Shown here piece after piece: positions 39,354 to 49,804 of a stretch of 64,000 nucleotides of DNA. The notes below the pieces were generated by a model that was not told the origin of the DNA, searched no databases, and worked only from the letters and a program-made list of their open reading frames with translations. How positions within the stretch are numbered: position 1 is the first letter of the stretch; every line of letters begins with the position of its first letter. The position numbers were made by a program, and so were the translations under genes. Source of the stretch: an uncultured Bacilli bacterium (GTDB lineage Bacteria > Bacillota_I > Bacilli_A > RF39 > UBA660); assembly GCA_934086315.1 (NCBI GenBank), contig CAKOHZ010000002.1, positions 296,464 through 360,463 of the forward strand, written 5' to 3'.

Positions 39354-39659
39354 TTATGGTGTAGTTGTTCCACCTGTAGTTGTTCCACCTTCAGAATCTT
39401 GACCATAGTCAGTATCATAGCATTTGCCATTAGCATCGCCATCTCTACAACATTTCCAAACCTTAACAGTTGCTTGAGTACCATCGTCAAAACTTCTTAC
39501 ACTAACAGCTTGAAAGTCAGTACCATAAGTTCTACAAGTTTGATTAACTATAGATTTTTGAATCATTGGCCAAACAAATGCATAGAACAAACCACCAACA
39601 GCCGCAATAGCTATGATAGTAATAACTGTCATGTTTAATTCACCTGAAGCTTCTTTCAT
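39354..39659 (-). CDS. small pilin-like protein, Cys-containing with Thr/Gly-rich C-terminus
   Basis: 101 aa. MKEASG-ELNMTVITIIAIAAVGGLFYAF. Strong RBS AAAGGAGG. C-terminal GGTTTGGTTTP. Confidence 0.45.
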   Translation of the reverse strand: MKEASGELNMTVITIIAIAAVGGLFYAFVWPMIQKSIVNQTCRTYGTDFQAVSVRSFDDGTQATVKVWKCCRDGDANGKCYDTDYGQDSEGGTTTGGTTTP

Positions 39660-39729
39660 TTATTAGTCCTCCTTTACTTTCTAAAATAATTATACAATAT
39701 CGATTTTAATAAATCAATATTTATTTACA

Positions 39730-40527
39730 CTAAACACTCACAAACATTTGGAATATTGCTAGTACTAGAATAACCATAACACCTGCACCTGTTGATGTAA
39801 GCATTGTAAATGTTTTCTTTTCCATTTTTTCAAGACGTTCTTTATATTTAGTTTCTCTTGACTTATTTTGCAAATTTGAAATAGTTTTAGAGAATGCCAA
39901 TAATTGTTCTTGTTTTCTCTCCTGACTACCTAAACCAAGTCTATATAGAAGTCTCATCATACGCATACTATCACGAACAGGATATCTTCGAGCAAATGCC
40001 ATATAAGGTTCAATACTAGAGTCACCTGCATCTATAGAAGCTATCAAATCACGAAGTCCTGGTTTGAACATTTCTGGAGCTGTTTCTAAACTACGCGTAA
40101 TAGCAACAGGAACAGTATAGTGTTGAATTAAAATTTCTAAACTCTTTAGATAATATGGTAATTTCAAGTTGATATCATGTAAATGAACTTTGTAATAACT
40201 TTTTACTTTACTATAATCATCCTTAAACATAAGATAAGCACCAGCAAAACATAATACCAACTTAACAGCAAAATTAAGACTTTGAATACTAGTAATTGAT
40301 AATATCAAAAGTATTAAAAATGTAATAATAGCATTTTTTACTCTTTTTTGATATCTAAGATTTACGTCAACCTTTTCACCATATTTAGATACTACCAAGA
40401 AATCATAGTCATCTTCTTTTAATTTTGCAAATAGTACTTTATTATCATCAACAAACTTATTAAAATTAAAAGTACCTAAATAGTTAAATAACAATATAAT
40501 AATTACTCCAACAGCAAATATTTCCAT
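39730..40527 (-). CDS. TadC-like inner-membrane platform protein (T2SS-F family)
   Basis: 265 aa. TM-cytoplasmic domain-TM topology. Paired with, and start overlapping, the downstream TadB-like gene. Confidence 0.5.
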   Translation of the reverse strand: MEIFAVGVIIILLFNYLGTFNFNKFVDDNKVLFAKLKEDDYDFLVVSKYGEKVDVNLRYQKRVKNAIITFLILLILSITSIQSLNFAVKLVLCFAGAYLMFKDDYSKVKSYYKVHLHDINLKLPYYLKSLEILIQHYTVPVAITRSLETAPEMFKPGLRDLIASIDAGDSSIEPYMAFARRYPVRDSMRMMRLLYRLGLGSQERKQEQLLAFSKTISNLQNKSRETKYKERLEKMEKKTFTMLTSTGAGVMVILVLAIFQMFVSV

Positions 40528-41426
40528 TATTCAGCACCTACATCCTCATGGTAGTATTTTATACCTGATAGTAAGAAGTATGTATTAATTAATATTACAC
40601 CATGAAGTAATATTTGAACATACCATTGCTCAAGCAATTGTGTATAACTAGAATCACCTAATAATAATTGTACTAATAAAACTAATAAATACAGAGCTAC
40701 ACCAAATGTACAGAATTGTTTATAGAATGTTGTTCTATCAATTCTATCACGATATACACTTTCTACAAGCATATCTATATCTTGAAGCATGCCTTCTAAA
40801 GCTTCACCAGAATCTTTAGAACCTTCTTTAGTGATTTGTAAGAACAATTGATGCATATTCTTAATTACATAATAATCATATTTTTCATTCATAAAACGAA
40901 TAGCTTCATCGATAGTACCATTTTCATAAGACATTTGTATCATTTCTTTGACATCGCTTAATAATGGTTCCTCTAGTACTTCAGAATCTCTAACGCCTTC
41001 TAATGCTTTAACAAATGATTGTGTAGTGTTAAATTCCATAATAACATTAGTTGTATATACTTGAATTTGTTCAAATATATACTCACTATATGCCTTTTTA
41101 CATCTCATATAAGTCAAATATGGAATTACCATTATAGCGGCTGCAGCATACACTATACTCCATATAATACTATAAAAGTACAAGAATGAGACAAATGCAG
41201 CACCAACACCAAATACTACAATTTGAATAACATACTGGCGAGTTGAATATTCTTGTCCTAATTCTTTTGCTTTCTCACGAACAACTTTAAAAGAATAAGG
41301 AGCATATTTTTCATAAGTATTTGCAATAGTCTTAGTAATAAATTTGTATGAATTGTCACCAGTATTTTTTCTATATATTAATACAAATATAACAATAATA
41401 GCAACAATAATTATCTCAAAATACAT
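40527..41426 (-). CDS. TadB-like inner-membrane platform protein (T2SS-F family)
   Basis: 299 aa. Three to four TM helices flanking a cytoplasmic helical domain. Adjacent to the CpaF-like ATPase. Confidence 0.5.
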   Translation of the reverse strand: MYFEIIIVAIIVIFVLIYRKNTGDNSYKFITKTIANTYEKYAPYSFKVVREKAKELGQEYSTRQYVIQIVVFGVGAAFVSFLYFYSIIWSIVYAAAAIMVIPYLTYMRCKKAYSEYIFEQIQVYTTNVIMEFNTTQSFVKALEGVRDSEVLEEPLLSDVKEMIQMSYENGTIDEAIRFMNEKYDYYVIKNMHQLFLQITKEGSKDSGEALEGMLQDIDMLVESVYRDRIDRTTFYKQFCTFGVALYLLVLLVQLLLGDSSYTQLLEQWYVQILLHGVILINTYFLLSGIKYYHEDVGAE

Positions 41427-41441
41427 ATAACACCTCCATTA

Positions 41442-42884
41442 CTAAATTTCTACCATTTCTATATTATTAGTAGTTTGATTAACTACTGGTTCTTCTACAA
41501 TTAAATGTTCTTCTTGTGGTTCATTAACTACAGGCTGCACCATAGCCCCTGCAGCAACAGGTTGAGCAGTAACAATTGGTTCACTAGCAACCGGTTCACT
41601 AACGACTGCAACTTCCGAAACAGTATTAGGACCAGGACTAATTTCCGATTCACTTGCTACCTCAGAACCTACATTAGCAACATTATTGTCAACAATTTCA
41701 GGTTCATCAGAAGTGTCTCCATTCTGAATATTATTAACCTTCGCACTCTCTACACCACTACCAACAGTAGAAGTACCTTCGGTACTTTCACTTTGCTCAC
41801 CACTTGCTTCTTGTAATTCACTGCCTTTAGGTATAAATGGATCTTCTTGCATCATAACACCTTGTGACGCTAAATAATCAATTAAATGAGAAGTTGGATT
41901 ATTATATACTTCATTTTCCATCAAATCACGAGCATACAATATATTAACTTTTGCTTCATTAGTTTCATCATCAACATAAAATTCAACAACTTGAGTAATT
42001 TCTCTTTGAAATCTATTATATTTTTTTGAAAAGAAACCTTTAACGTGTATACCTAACTGAATATATCTATGCATACCTTTAACAAATTGATCAATATCTT
42101 GACTACTTTCAAGTAGTGAGTAAAGACGCATTGGAATACTTGAAGCTTTATCAGAGTGTATTGTAGATAAGATATTATGTCCTGAAGAAATTGAGTTACG
42201 AACAGCAAGAACAGCTTCTGCAGAACGAACCTCTGATAGTAAAATCCATCTTGGGTTTTGACGCATACAGGCTACCAAAACATCTGAGTAAGAAGCAATA
42301 TTATTTGTTTTCATTGCTACTATATCACGAGTTGGATAAATTTTATCCAAGTGAAGTTCTAATGTATCTTCAATTGTTATTATTTTTTCATCCTCTTTAA
42401 TATGACTTGCTAAGTATTTAACAAGCTCTGTTTTACCTGAACCAGTTTCTCCACTTACAAGAATATTACAGTGACCACCAACACAAGTCATCAAAAAGTC
42501 ATGAAGTTTTAAAGAAACATAATCTTCTTTAACTAATTTATCTTTATTCAATCTTATTTTTGCTGGAGTTTTTCTTATTAGAACAGCAATTCCATTCGTT
42601 GCAATAGAATCATGTACAAAGTTAAGACGTAACTCAGCACTTTCGGCATCTAGTAATGGATGTGCCATATTAAATGTTTTACCCATAACGTTAGAACATT
42701 GGAAAGCAAGTTTTTCCATTACTTCATTATTTAATCCCTCAATATGAGCTGGTTTAACACCTTGTGTTAAAGTTTTAATCCACAGCTGACCATTATTAGA
42801 ATACGAAATATCGGTAATATCATCATCTTCTAAAAGAGGCATTAACAAACCAAAGTCTATTTGTGAAAATACAGCATCCTCCAT
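41442..42884 (-). CDS. CpaF/TadA-family secretion ATPase with ~130-aa acidic low-complexity C-terminal tail
   Basis: Walker A NILVSGETGSGKTE, Asp box IITIEDTLEL and Walker B-like RWILLSEVRS. The tail is rich in E/S/V/P (…VASESEISPGPNTVSEVAVVSEPVASEP…). Confidence 0.8.
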   Translation of the reverse strand: MEDAVFSQIDFGLLMPLLEDDDITDISYSNNGQLWIKTLTQGVKPAHIEGLNNEVMEKLAFQCSNVMGKTFNMAHPLLDAESAELRLNFVHDSIATNGIAVLIRKTPAKIRLNKDKLVKEDYVSLKLHDFLMTCVGGHCNILVSGETGSGKTELVKYLASHIKEDEKIITIEDTLELHLDKIYPTRDIVAMKTNNIASYSDVLVACMRQNPRWILLSEVRSAEAVLAVRNSISSGHNILSTIHSDKASSIPMRLYSLLESSQDIDQFVKGMHRYIQLGIHVKGFFSKKYNRFQREITQVVEFYVDDETNEAKVNILYARDLMENEVYNNPTSHLIDYLASQGVMMQEDPFIPKGSELQEASGEQSESTEGTSTVGSGVESAKVNNIQNGDTSDEPEIVDNNVANVGSEVASESEISPGPNTVSEVAVVSEPVASEPIVTAQPVAAGAMVQPVVNEPQEEHLIVEEPVVNQTTNNIEMVEI

Positions 42885-42905
42885 TATTATTCCCTTCCTT
42901 CTTTT

Positions 42906-43760
42906 TTATTCAGTAATGTTTATATCTCCTCCATTACCATTGTTTCCATTATCGCCGTTATCACCATTGTCAGTAGAATCATCAACAAAATCTAATGGAA
43001 CTTCCCTTGTTTCTTTAAGTATTAAATTTGTTAAATACTCACTAGAAACTTTTGTACTTCCTGGATTATAATTAGCATTTCTAACAACTGGAACCAAACT
43101 ACCAGTTCCAGAAATAGCTATAGCTTTTCTTAATAACAAGTGTAAGTCTTCAGGAACAGCAAAAATTAACGCAGAAGCATCTTTTTGATTAGCTCCTTTC
43201 TTAAAAATATGTGACCCATCACTATCTTTAACAGCTAAAACTGTAATACCTTCAATTAATTTACCAAAAACAAGTTTTCCACCATCACTAGTCATATAAT
43301 ACAAATCAATTGCATCTCCAGGATAAATAGAGTTACCATATGTAGTATTTGTAGAAACACTTAGTGAGAAAATTGTATAATCTTTATAAATGTTATTCCA
43401 AGCTGAATCAGGCATAGAATCCCAAGTAACAATTTCAGAACTATAAAATAAACTACCAGCAGGAATTATTGTATTATAATTAACATATTTTCCAACAACA
43501 TTCTTTTTATCACGAACAACAGTTGAAGTAACTAAAGAAGAAGCTACTTTAACAACACCTACATCTTCTTCTTTAATTTCCTTACGAGCACTTAAGTCTA
43601 TTAAAGCATACGGAACTTCAATTGCATTAATTGCTTTATTTACACGATAATTATAAGCAAGAAACAATATTATTAAACATGCAACACCAGCAACAATAGT
43701 AACTAAGCCTTTATTGCCTAATAATTTTTTAATAGCATTATTCATCCTATTCACCTCCAT
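42906..43760 (-). CDS. CpaB/RcpC-like pilus assembly protein
   Basis: N-terminal TM then a SAF-like segment (IEVPYALIDLSARKEIKEEDVGVVKVASSLV). C-terminal Gly/Asn/Asp-rich tail. Confidence 0.55.
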   Translation of the reverse strand: MEVNRMNNAIKKLLGNKGLVTIVAGVACLIILFLAYNYRVNKAINAIEVPYALIDLSARKEIKEEDVGVVKVASSLVTSTVVRDKKNVVGKYVNYNTIIPAGSLFYSSEIVTWDSMPDSAWNNIYKDYTIFSLSVSTNTTYGNSIYPGDAIDLYYMTSDGGKLVFGKLIEGITVLAVKDSDGSHIFKKGANQKDASALIFAVPEDLHLLLRKAIAISGTGSLVPVVRNANYNPGSTKVSSEYLTNLILKETREVPLDFVDDSTDNGDNGDNGNNGNGGDINITE

Positions 43761-44595
43761 TTACAACATTATTTGTATTTGAATCTACTTCAGAATTAGG
43801 ATTATCTATCTCAATATTTTTTAAATCTTCATTATCAACATTAACAGTTTTTGATAAAATTAACTCTTTTAAATAAGTACTACTAATTCTTGTATCTTTA
43901 GGATTATTAGAATAATCAGCATTACGAGGTACCGGAAAAATAGTACCGGATGTATACAATGCTTTTCTTAACAATAAGTGCATATCTTCAGGAATAGAGA
44001 AAATCAAATATCTAGGTTTTTCAGTAACACCACTTTTTTCAAATATATTATTATAATTACTATCAGTAACTGCTAAAACTCTAATACTTTCAATAAATTT
44101 TCCTATTAAAAGTTTCCCATCATTATCGTATCCTTGATAATATAAATCAATATAGTTATCAGTAAAAATTGAATTACCATATGTTGTTTCTATAGTAACA
44201 GGTAAAGCTACAATTGTATTACCATCAGCAATATTTTCATAAATACTTGATGGAAGCTCATCCCAAGTTAACAAAGTATTGTTATAAAACATACTATCAG
44301 CAGGAATTTCTACTTTATTACTAACATACATACCAATTATTCTGCTAGATTCAGTAATAACATTAGCAGTAATAACTTTTCCTGGAACTTTTCTAGTACC
44401 AACCATTTCAGAAGTTATTAAAGTTCTTGGTAACAATGTTTTAATAGCATATGGAACCATTCTAGGTTCAGTTGCTTTTTCAATTCTCCACCAATAAGCC
44501 CAATAAATTATAAGTAAACAAACAATTACTGCAAATATAGTTACAGTATTTTTATTTTTAAAAAATCTTTTAACCCCTATTAATACACTATTCAT
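43747..44595 (-). CDS. CpaB/RcpC-like pilus assembly protein, paralog
   Basis: Same architecture as the adjacent gene (…RMVPYAIKTLLPRTLITSEMVGTRKVPGKVI…). Confidence 0.55.
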   Translation of the reverse strand: MNSVLIGVKRFFKNKNTVTIFAVIVCLLIIYWAYWWRIEKATEPRMVPYAIKTLLPRTLITSEMVGTRKVPGKVITANVITESSRIIGMYVSNKVEIPADSMFYNNTLLTWDELPSSIYENIADGNTIVALPVTIETTYGNSIFTDNYIDLYYQGYDNDGKLLIGKFIESIRVLAVTDSNYNNIFEKSGVTEKPRYLIFSIPEDMHLLLRKALYTSGTIFPVPRNADYSNNPKDTRISSTYLKELILSKTVNVDNEDLKNIEIDNPNSEVDSNTNNVVNGGE

Positions 44596-44692
44596 ATTCT
44601 TTCCTCCAAAGATTCTTATCTATTATCAATATAAATTATACAAAATTATAAGAGTTAAATCAATATAAAAAGAACATTTTTAAAATGTTCTT

Positions 44693-45847
44693 TTAATTTC
44701 TTGTATACTTAAATCTAAGTTTCCATTTAATACCAGTATACATAAAGCATCTAACAGTTCCACCATTTTCTGCGGTTTTTGATTTAACTAAATTTCCATT
44801 TGCAGAAGATCTATTTCTATATTCTGCATTATATCTTAATTTAATTTGAATAGATGCTCTTTCACTATTAGTAGATGTATCATATGTTGTATAAAGATTA
44901 CAAGTGACTCCAATATTACTCACTTCACTCGCAGTAGCAAAGTAATTGAAGTTTTCTTCTACTGGAACAGTTCCACCATTATCTCCAATTAAATATTGTT
45001 GGAATTTTTGTTTCATAGTTTTATAATTTCTAACATCATTAATACTTTCAAATACTTTAGCAGAACTAGCAATAACTTCACAACTCTTAATTCTTCCTGC
45101 AATAATGTCTTCGTTCATTCCATTAGGTAATGACTTGTATGACATTAGGAATGACATATTTCCAGTAGTAGAACTATTATTGCAAGAGCCAGTTTCACTA
45201 TTATAAGCACTTGGGTTTTGTAAATATGCAATAGAATAGAAATCTAATACATTTGAAGTTAATAAGTTACTGTCATCAGGAGTTGGATTTACAGTATTTC
45301 CTCCACCGCCATTATCTCCTCCACCATCAGGAATATTTGGAGTTGGTGTAACATTTCTAGAACTACCATCAGGACATGCAACAGTAATAGTACTGCTTCC
45401 ACCTCCATTTCCATCTTCATCAGAATCTCCATCTGCTTGGCTATATATAGTTTCCAATATACCATTTACTAATGTATCCAAGTTAACATCAAAAGATGTT
45501 TCTTTAATATTAGCGGTATTTCCAGAACTAGTTCTTACACGAACACTAGCTTTAGGTGGTTCTTCATATATATCATAAAATTCTAGTTTATAAGTTTTAT
45601 TATTAGTAACACTTTCTGAAAATCTTCTAATGAAAACCTCAACAAATTTTTGTTCTGACATTACAAGTCTACCAGTTGTTCTATATGTACCATAGTCAAC
45701 TGCATCTATCATAGAAGATTCTAAAACCTCACGTGCTAAATAGAAATCTTCTTCAGAAGTTGTAGTCATTCTTTGAATTAAAAGCAAGATGACTACAATT
45801 ACAACTCCACAAAGTACTACAAAATATCCCCAAAATGAATGTTTCAT
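44693..45847 (-). CDS. pilin-like N-terminus protein with Gly/Ser/Asn-rich central region
   Basis: 384 aa. MKHSFWG-YFVVLCGVVIVVILLLI at the N-terminus. Central DGNGGGSS...GGGDNGGGGNT low-complexity segment. Confidence 0.5.
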   Translation of the reverse strand: MKHSFWGYFVVLCGVVIVVILLLIQRMTTTSEEDFYLAREVLESSMIDAVDYGTYRTTGRLVMSEQKFVEVFIRRFSESVTNNKTYKLEFYDIYEEPPKASVRVRTSSGNTANIKETSFDVNLDTLVNGILETIYSQADGDSDEDGNGGGSSTITVACPDGSSRNVTPTPNIPDGGGDNGGGGNTVNPTPDDSNLLTSNVLDFYSIAYLQNPSAYNSETGSCNNSSTTGNMSFLMSYKSLPNGMNEDIIAGRIKSCEVIASSAKVFESINDVRNYKTMKQKFQQYLIGDNGGTVPVEENFNYFATASEVSNIGVTCNLYTTYDTSTNSERASIQIKLRYNAEYRNRSSANGNLVKSKTAENGGTVRCFMYTGIKWKLRFKYTRN

Positions 45848-45862
45848 TTAATACCCTCCTTC

Positions 45863-48800
45863 CTATGGATTTGAAAATTTAACAGTTTCAACATCATAAC
45901 TATTATTAGGTTGAGAAATTTCTTCTAAGAATGATGATTTACATTTATAGAAACCATTTAATCCACTTGGATCATTAACTAATTGACAAGATAAATAACT
46001 ATTGTCTTGGTAACCAACACCCATTAATTCTTGTTGAGTATTGTATTCTCTAATTCTACTAATTGCAGTTGGTGTAAGAATGAAACTATATTTTAAATTA
46101 CTTTCATCAGCAAACATATCGTCGCCCTTTTGTTCTATTTGTGTTTTTACATTTTCACCTAATGTTGTTGCCCAGTTTGTACCAATAGGCCTATTATTTT
46201 TTGTTGTATTAGAATCGTTTTGATCAGATGTAACTGAATTTGGGAAAACATTAGTTAAATCAATATTTCTATATACAAAACCATATCCTTTAGATTCATT
46301 ATCTTTTAACTCAAACTCATTACATTCTTTAGTAATAACCGGAACACCAGCAACTAATTTATAACAACTATTTTTACAAGCACTTAAATCCAATTTTCCA
46401 TTAGATGTTCTAGTAGCACAATCATATAAATTTGTTGTGTTGTAAACATCATATGAACATGTATAATCTAATGACACGTTATCATCAACAACAATTTTAA
46501 CATTATCGATATGTTGTTTTACAGTATAATTGCCTGTCTTACCTCCAGTATTTAATCCATTACTTACAGGATATTCTTCATTTCCTAATGGAGTCGTTAA
46601 ACCATTTCTACCTGCTTCTCCAACTTCACCAGTATAAGCACCAGCAGAGAATTTATCGCTACGCCAGAAATCAGTTTCAGTAACTACAACAAATGACGCG
46701 TAATCATTAGTAGGCAAAGATATTTTCTTTTTCTTACATTGAACGCTATTTAAAGTACCCTCACATTCAATTAAATCATGATCTTTCAAAGAATTACCTT
46801 TATCAAGTTCAACCTCTTGACCTTTCACATATTTATAACAATCAGGATTTCTATCATCATTATTTTTACAAAAATAAGTTTTGTTTAATTTTTCAGATGG
46901 CAATGTTTTTGTTTCTTTTTCAATTGTGACATTTTTGCCATATAACTCATCTTCATATTCTACTTTTAATTCTGCACAATCATTATTACTATCACTGCAT
47001 ACAGCTTTATCAAGTAAAATATTTTTTGCAGAACCTTTAGCACTTTTATTAATGCTTGCTGCTATAGTTCCATGATGTTCAGTACTAACATTTTGATAAA
47101 CATCTTCAATCTTTGGGGCAGTATCACCTGTTGCAACATACATATTACAATTTTGCAGATCATATATTAACTGAGCAACAGCATCCAATGCAGATTTATA
47201 TAGTTTATAATATTTATCTTCATCATCTGATGCTTTAGCAGGATCTCCTGGATCTCCTCTATTACAACTTCCGCTAGTACCATAACCATCATCATGCCCA
47301 CAACAAGAAGTTCCATTCTCACCACAAGAATAATCATGATTACAAGTGGTAGGATAACAAGAACTACTTTCATTTTCAACACCTGAATCTGTACTATAAG
47401 AGCCATTACTACATCTTATGTTAAAATTAACTCCCTTTTCAGAACCTGATTCAACCCAACAATACTTATATGGTATGCTTGAACCCTTAGTTGGCCAATA
47501 TAAATGCCATTGAATTGGTGGTAAATATTCACCAACTGAGCAATCTCCTGGACATCCAGTACCAGAATAACATTGTTTTCCTTCAATCAAAACTTGATGT
47601 GGTCCACCATTATTTTCTTCCCAGCTTAATGCTGATTCATATTTCTTCCATTCTACATAAGCATCCATCATTTTCTTCACAGCAGCATCATACTGTTGTA
47701 ACCAAGTATTCTTATTACCATATTTATTTTTAGTATCATAATAAATTTCTGAAGTACATTGTTGTTTTTGAAGAACTATACTAGTCAATGCAACATCAGT
47801 TCTTACAATTTCAGTAACATCTTCCTCACAAGCAAGAACGGATGGACCAATATCATATCTAAATTGCATTCCAGCATAAACTTTCTTTTTGTTTGCTAAA
47901 TAGAACACAACTTCTTTACGACAATACAAATCACAAACATTTTTATTAAGACCTACTTCTTCAGTTTTTCTAAATTGTAACTTATCTGAATCTTTACATG
48001 GATGTAAAATACAGTTCATATATGGATCTGATTTATCAAAACTATCATAACCATCGTAATTATTTCCACAAGTTGCTTGACCTAAATCTCCAGATAAAGT
48101 TTTAGATACTGGATTAAAGTCAGTACATTTTGTATCATCATTGCAAGGACAATCAGAGTACACAGATTTTTCAAACTTTTTATCTGTAGATGAATTTGGA
48201 CCACTTTCTTCCCTTTGTGACTTATTAAAAACAGCAGTATACATTATTTGATATAAACTAGGATTAATACAATGTCTATATTCTCTTATTAATCCAACTG
48301 AATTATATCCTTTTAATGTAACTTCAAAAATATACTTTTTCATTGAACTCTCAGATGTTTCAGTAGTACTACAAGTCATACTACCGCCAACTTCAAGTTC
48401 GCATTTTTCTTTACTACATGTACCACCTACAAGAGATAAATCTCCTTGTGGAACCTTAACTTTATTACCATTAGCATCTGTATAAAATACTTGAACATAC
48501 ATTCTACATCTAGAATCCTTCTTTAATAATTGATCTAAAGTACATTCAACCTCATATGTTTTAGTGGTTGTTTCTCTCTCATATTGTTCTATAAAAGATG
48601 TAGGCCATTTAGCTACCATACTAGCCCCACCATTATCTTTTTTTGAAGCCTCTATTTGAAATTTATCATCATTAGTGCCAAGTAAACCATCAAGAAATTT
48701 TTCACTACTATTACCATTAAACATATCTAATGCTTTGTTAAATAAAGGAATAGCAGCAATATAATTATTATTGCCAGACAAATTACCACAAAGCACACCT

Positions 48801-49804
48801 AGATTAGAATCGCTCTTAGCTTGCCAACATTCTTGTCCAGTATAACCACCAGCAGCAGCTTTAGCTGTACTTAAATAAACTTTAGTAGTTGAAAAATAAT
48901 CAAACTCTTGCTCAAATCCAACACCATCAACACCACTAATTGGATTACCTTTTACATTACCATAATATGAAGTCCACATTCTTAGAGCTGTAGTAACAGC
49001 ACCAAAGCCATATTCAGCATCATTACTAGTAAAAATTGTGTTACCATTACTATCAGTTGAAGGTATCATAGTATAATATAATATTTGTGCAAGACCACAA
49101 TAATAATGATTTTGTAACTTGTCATCACAATCTTTTAAATTCATTTCTTTATTTAAACAATAAGTTTCACCAGCAGCGCTAGGGCCTTTTTTACCTGGTT
49201 GTATACAATATGCACGATCACTACCATTTAATAAATATTCCCAAACAACAGAATCTTTTAATTTATCATTAAAACTTCCACTAACATTAGGATTACCTCT
49301 AACGCCTATTTTATAAACAGTTCTAAGTTCATCTGTAGCACAATAATTATTACAACTGCTTTGACAATAACTATTACATTCACCAGAACTATTATAACTT
49401 GTACCAGTAATATCACATTTATAATGGCCACGATAATCATATGTACAAGTTCCAGTAGCTATATGTTGTCTACACTCATCAGGAAGCATATCGCTAGCAC
49501 CATCTAAAGTACATTTATTTCTTACTGTTTGCATAGAATAAACACAAGCGTTAGGATCACTGCTACCAGTTGCTTTCCTACAAGCTTCTTGAGCAGCTTC
49601 TAAACCTGTATATGTTTTAGTATCCATAACAAAATCATCTTTTACTGTAGTATACTCTGCACCAGAAGCACTAACCCAATGCTGTCCAATCTTAGCTGTT
49701 GCTCCTGATGCACTAATTGTTACCCTATCATTTATACTTTCGGCATTTACATAACCAAAGCACAATAGTAAAGAAATAATTAATAAACTAAGCTTCTTCT
49801 TCAT
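45863..49804 (-). CDS. giant secreted cysteine-rich protein (1313 aa)
   Basis: Sec signal MKKKLSLLIISLLLCFGYVNA. Cys clusters throughout (e.g. SGECNSYCQSSCNNYC, SCYPTTCNHDYSCGENGTSCCGHDDGYG). Contains an RGD tripeptide. No C-terminal anchor. Confidence 0.65.
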   Translation of the reverse strand: MKKKLSLLIISLLLCFGYVNAESINDRVTISASGATAKIGQHWVSASGAEYTTVKDDFVMDTKTYTGLEAAQEACRKATGSSDPNACVYSMQTVRNKCTLDGASDMLPDECRQHIATGTCTYDYRGHYKCDITGTSYNSSGECNSYCQSSCNNYCATDELRTVYKIGVRGNPNVSGSFNDKLKDSVVWEYLLNGSDRAYCIQPGKKGPSAAGETYCLNKEMNLKDCDDKLQNHYYCGLAQILYYTMIPSTDSNGNTIFTSNDAEYGFGAVTTALRMWTSYYGNVKGNPISGVDGVGFEQEFDYFSTTKVYLSTAKAAAGGYTGQECWQAKSDSNLGVLCGNLSGNNNYIAAIPLFNKALDMFNGNSSEKFLDGLLGTNDDKFQIEASKKDNGGASMVAKWPTSFIEQYERETTTKTYEVECTLDQLLKKDSRCRMYVQVFYTDANGNKVKVPQGDLSLVGGTCSKEKCELEVGGSMTCSTTETSESSMKKYIFEVTLKGYNSVGLIREYRHCINPSLYQIMYTAVFNKSQREESGPNSSTDKKFEKSVYSDCPCNDDTKCTDFNPVSKTLSGDLGQATCGNNYDGYDSFDKSDPYMNCILHPCKDSDKLQFRKTEEVGLNKNVCDLYCRKEVVFYLANKKKVYAGMQFRYDIGPSVLACEEDVTEIVRTDVALTSIVLQKQQCTSEIYYDTKNKYGNKNTWLQQYDAAVKKMMDAYVEWKKYESALSWEENNGGPHQVLIEGKQCYSGTGCPGDCSVGEYLPPIQWHLYWPTKGSSIPYKYCWVESGSEKGVNFNIRCSNGSYSTDSGVENESSSCYPTTCNHDYSCGENGTSCCGHDDGYGTSGSCNRGDPGDPAKASDDEDKYYKLYKSALDAVAQLIYDLQNCNMYVATGDTAPKIEDVYQNVSTEHHGTIAASINKSAKGSAKNILLDKAVCSDSNNDCAELKVEYEDELYGKNVTIEKETKTLPSEKLNKTYFCKNNDDRNPDCYKYVKGQEVELDKGNSLKDHDLIECEGTLNSVQCKKKKISLPTNDYASFVVVTETDFWRSDKFSAGAYTGEVGEAGRNGLTTPLGNEEYPVSNGLNTGGKTGNYTVKQHIDNVKIVVDDNVSLDYTCSYDVYNTTNLYDCATRTSNGKLDLSACKNSCYKLVAGVPVITKECNEFELKDNESKGYGFVYRNIDLTNVFPNSVTSDQNDSNTTKNNRPIGTNWATTLGENVKTQIEQKGDDMFADESNLKYSFILTPTAISRIREYNTQQELMGVGYQDNSYLSCQLVNDPSGLNGFYKCKSSFLEEISQPNNSYDVETVKFSNP

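Noticed and set aside
46041-47733. Short ORFs on both strands inside the 1313-aa gene (46041..46223, 46881..47075, 47167..47406, 47491..47733)
   Set aside because: All are contained within one long, signal-peptide-initiated reading frame, and none has an RBS. The 47167..47406 ORF shares the minus strand with the gene but is out of frame.
45863-49804. RGD motif in the giant protein as evidence for integrin binding
   Set aside because: A single tripeptide is expected by chance about once in several such proteins. It is noted in the findings but not used as functional evidence.
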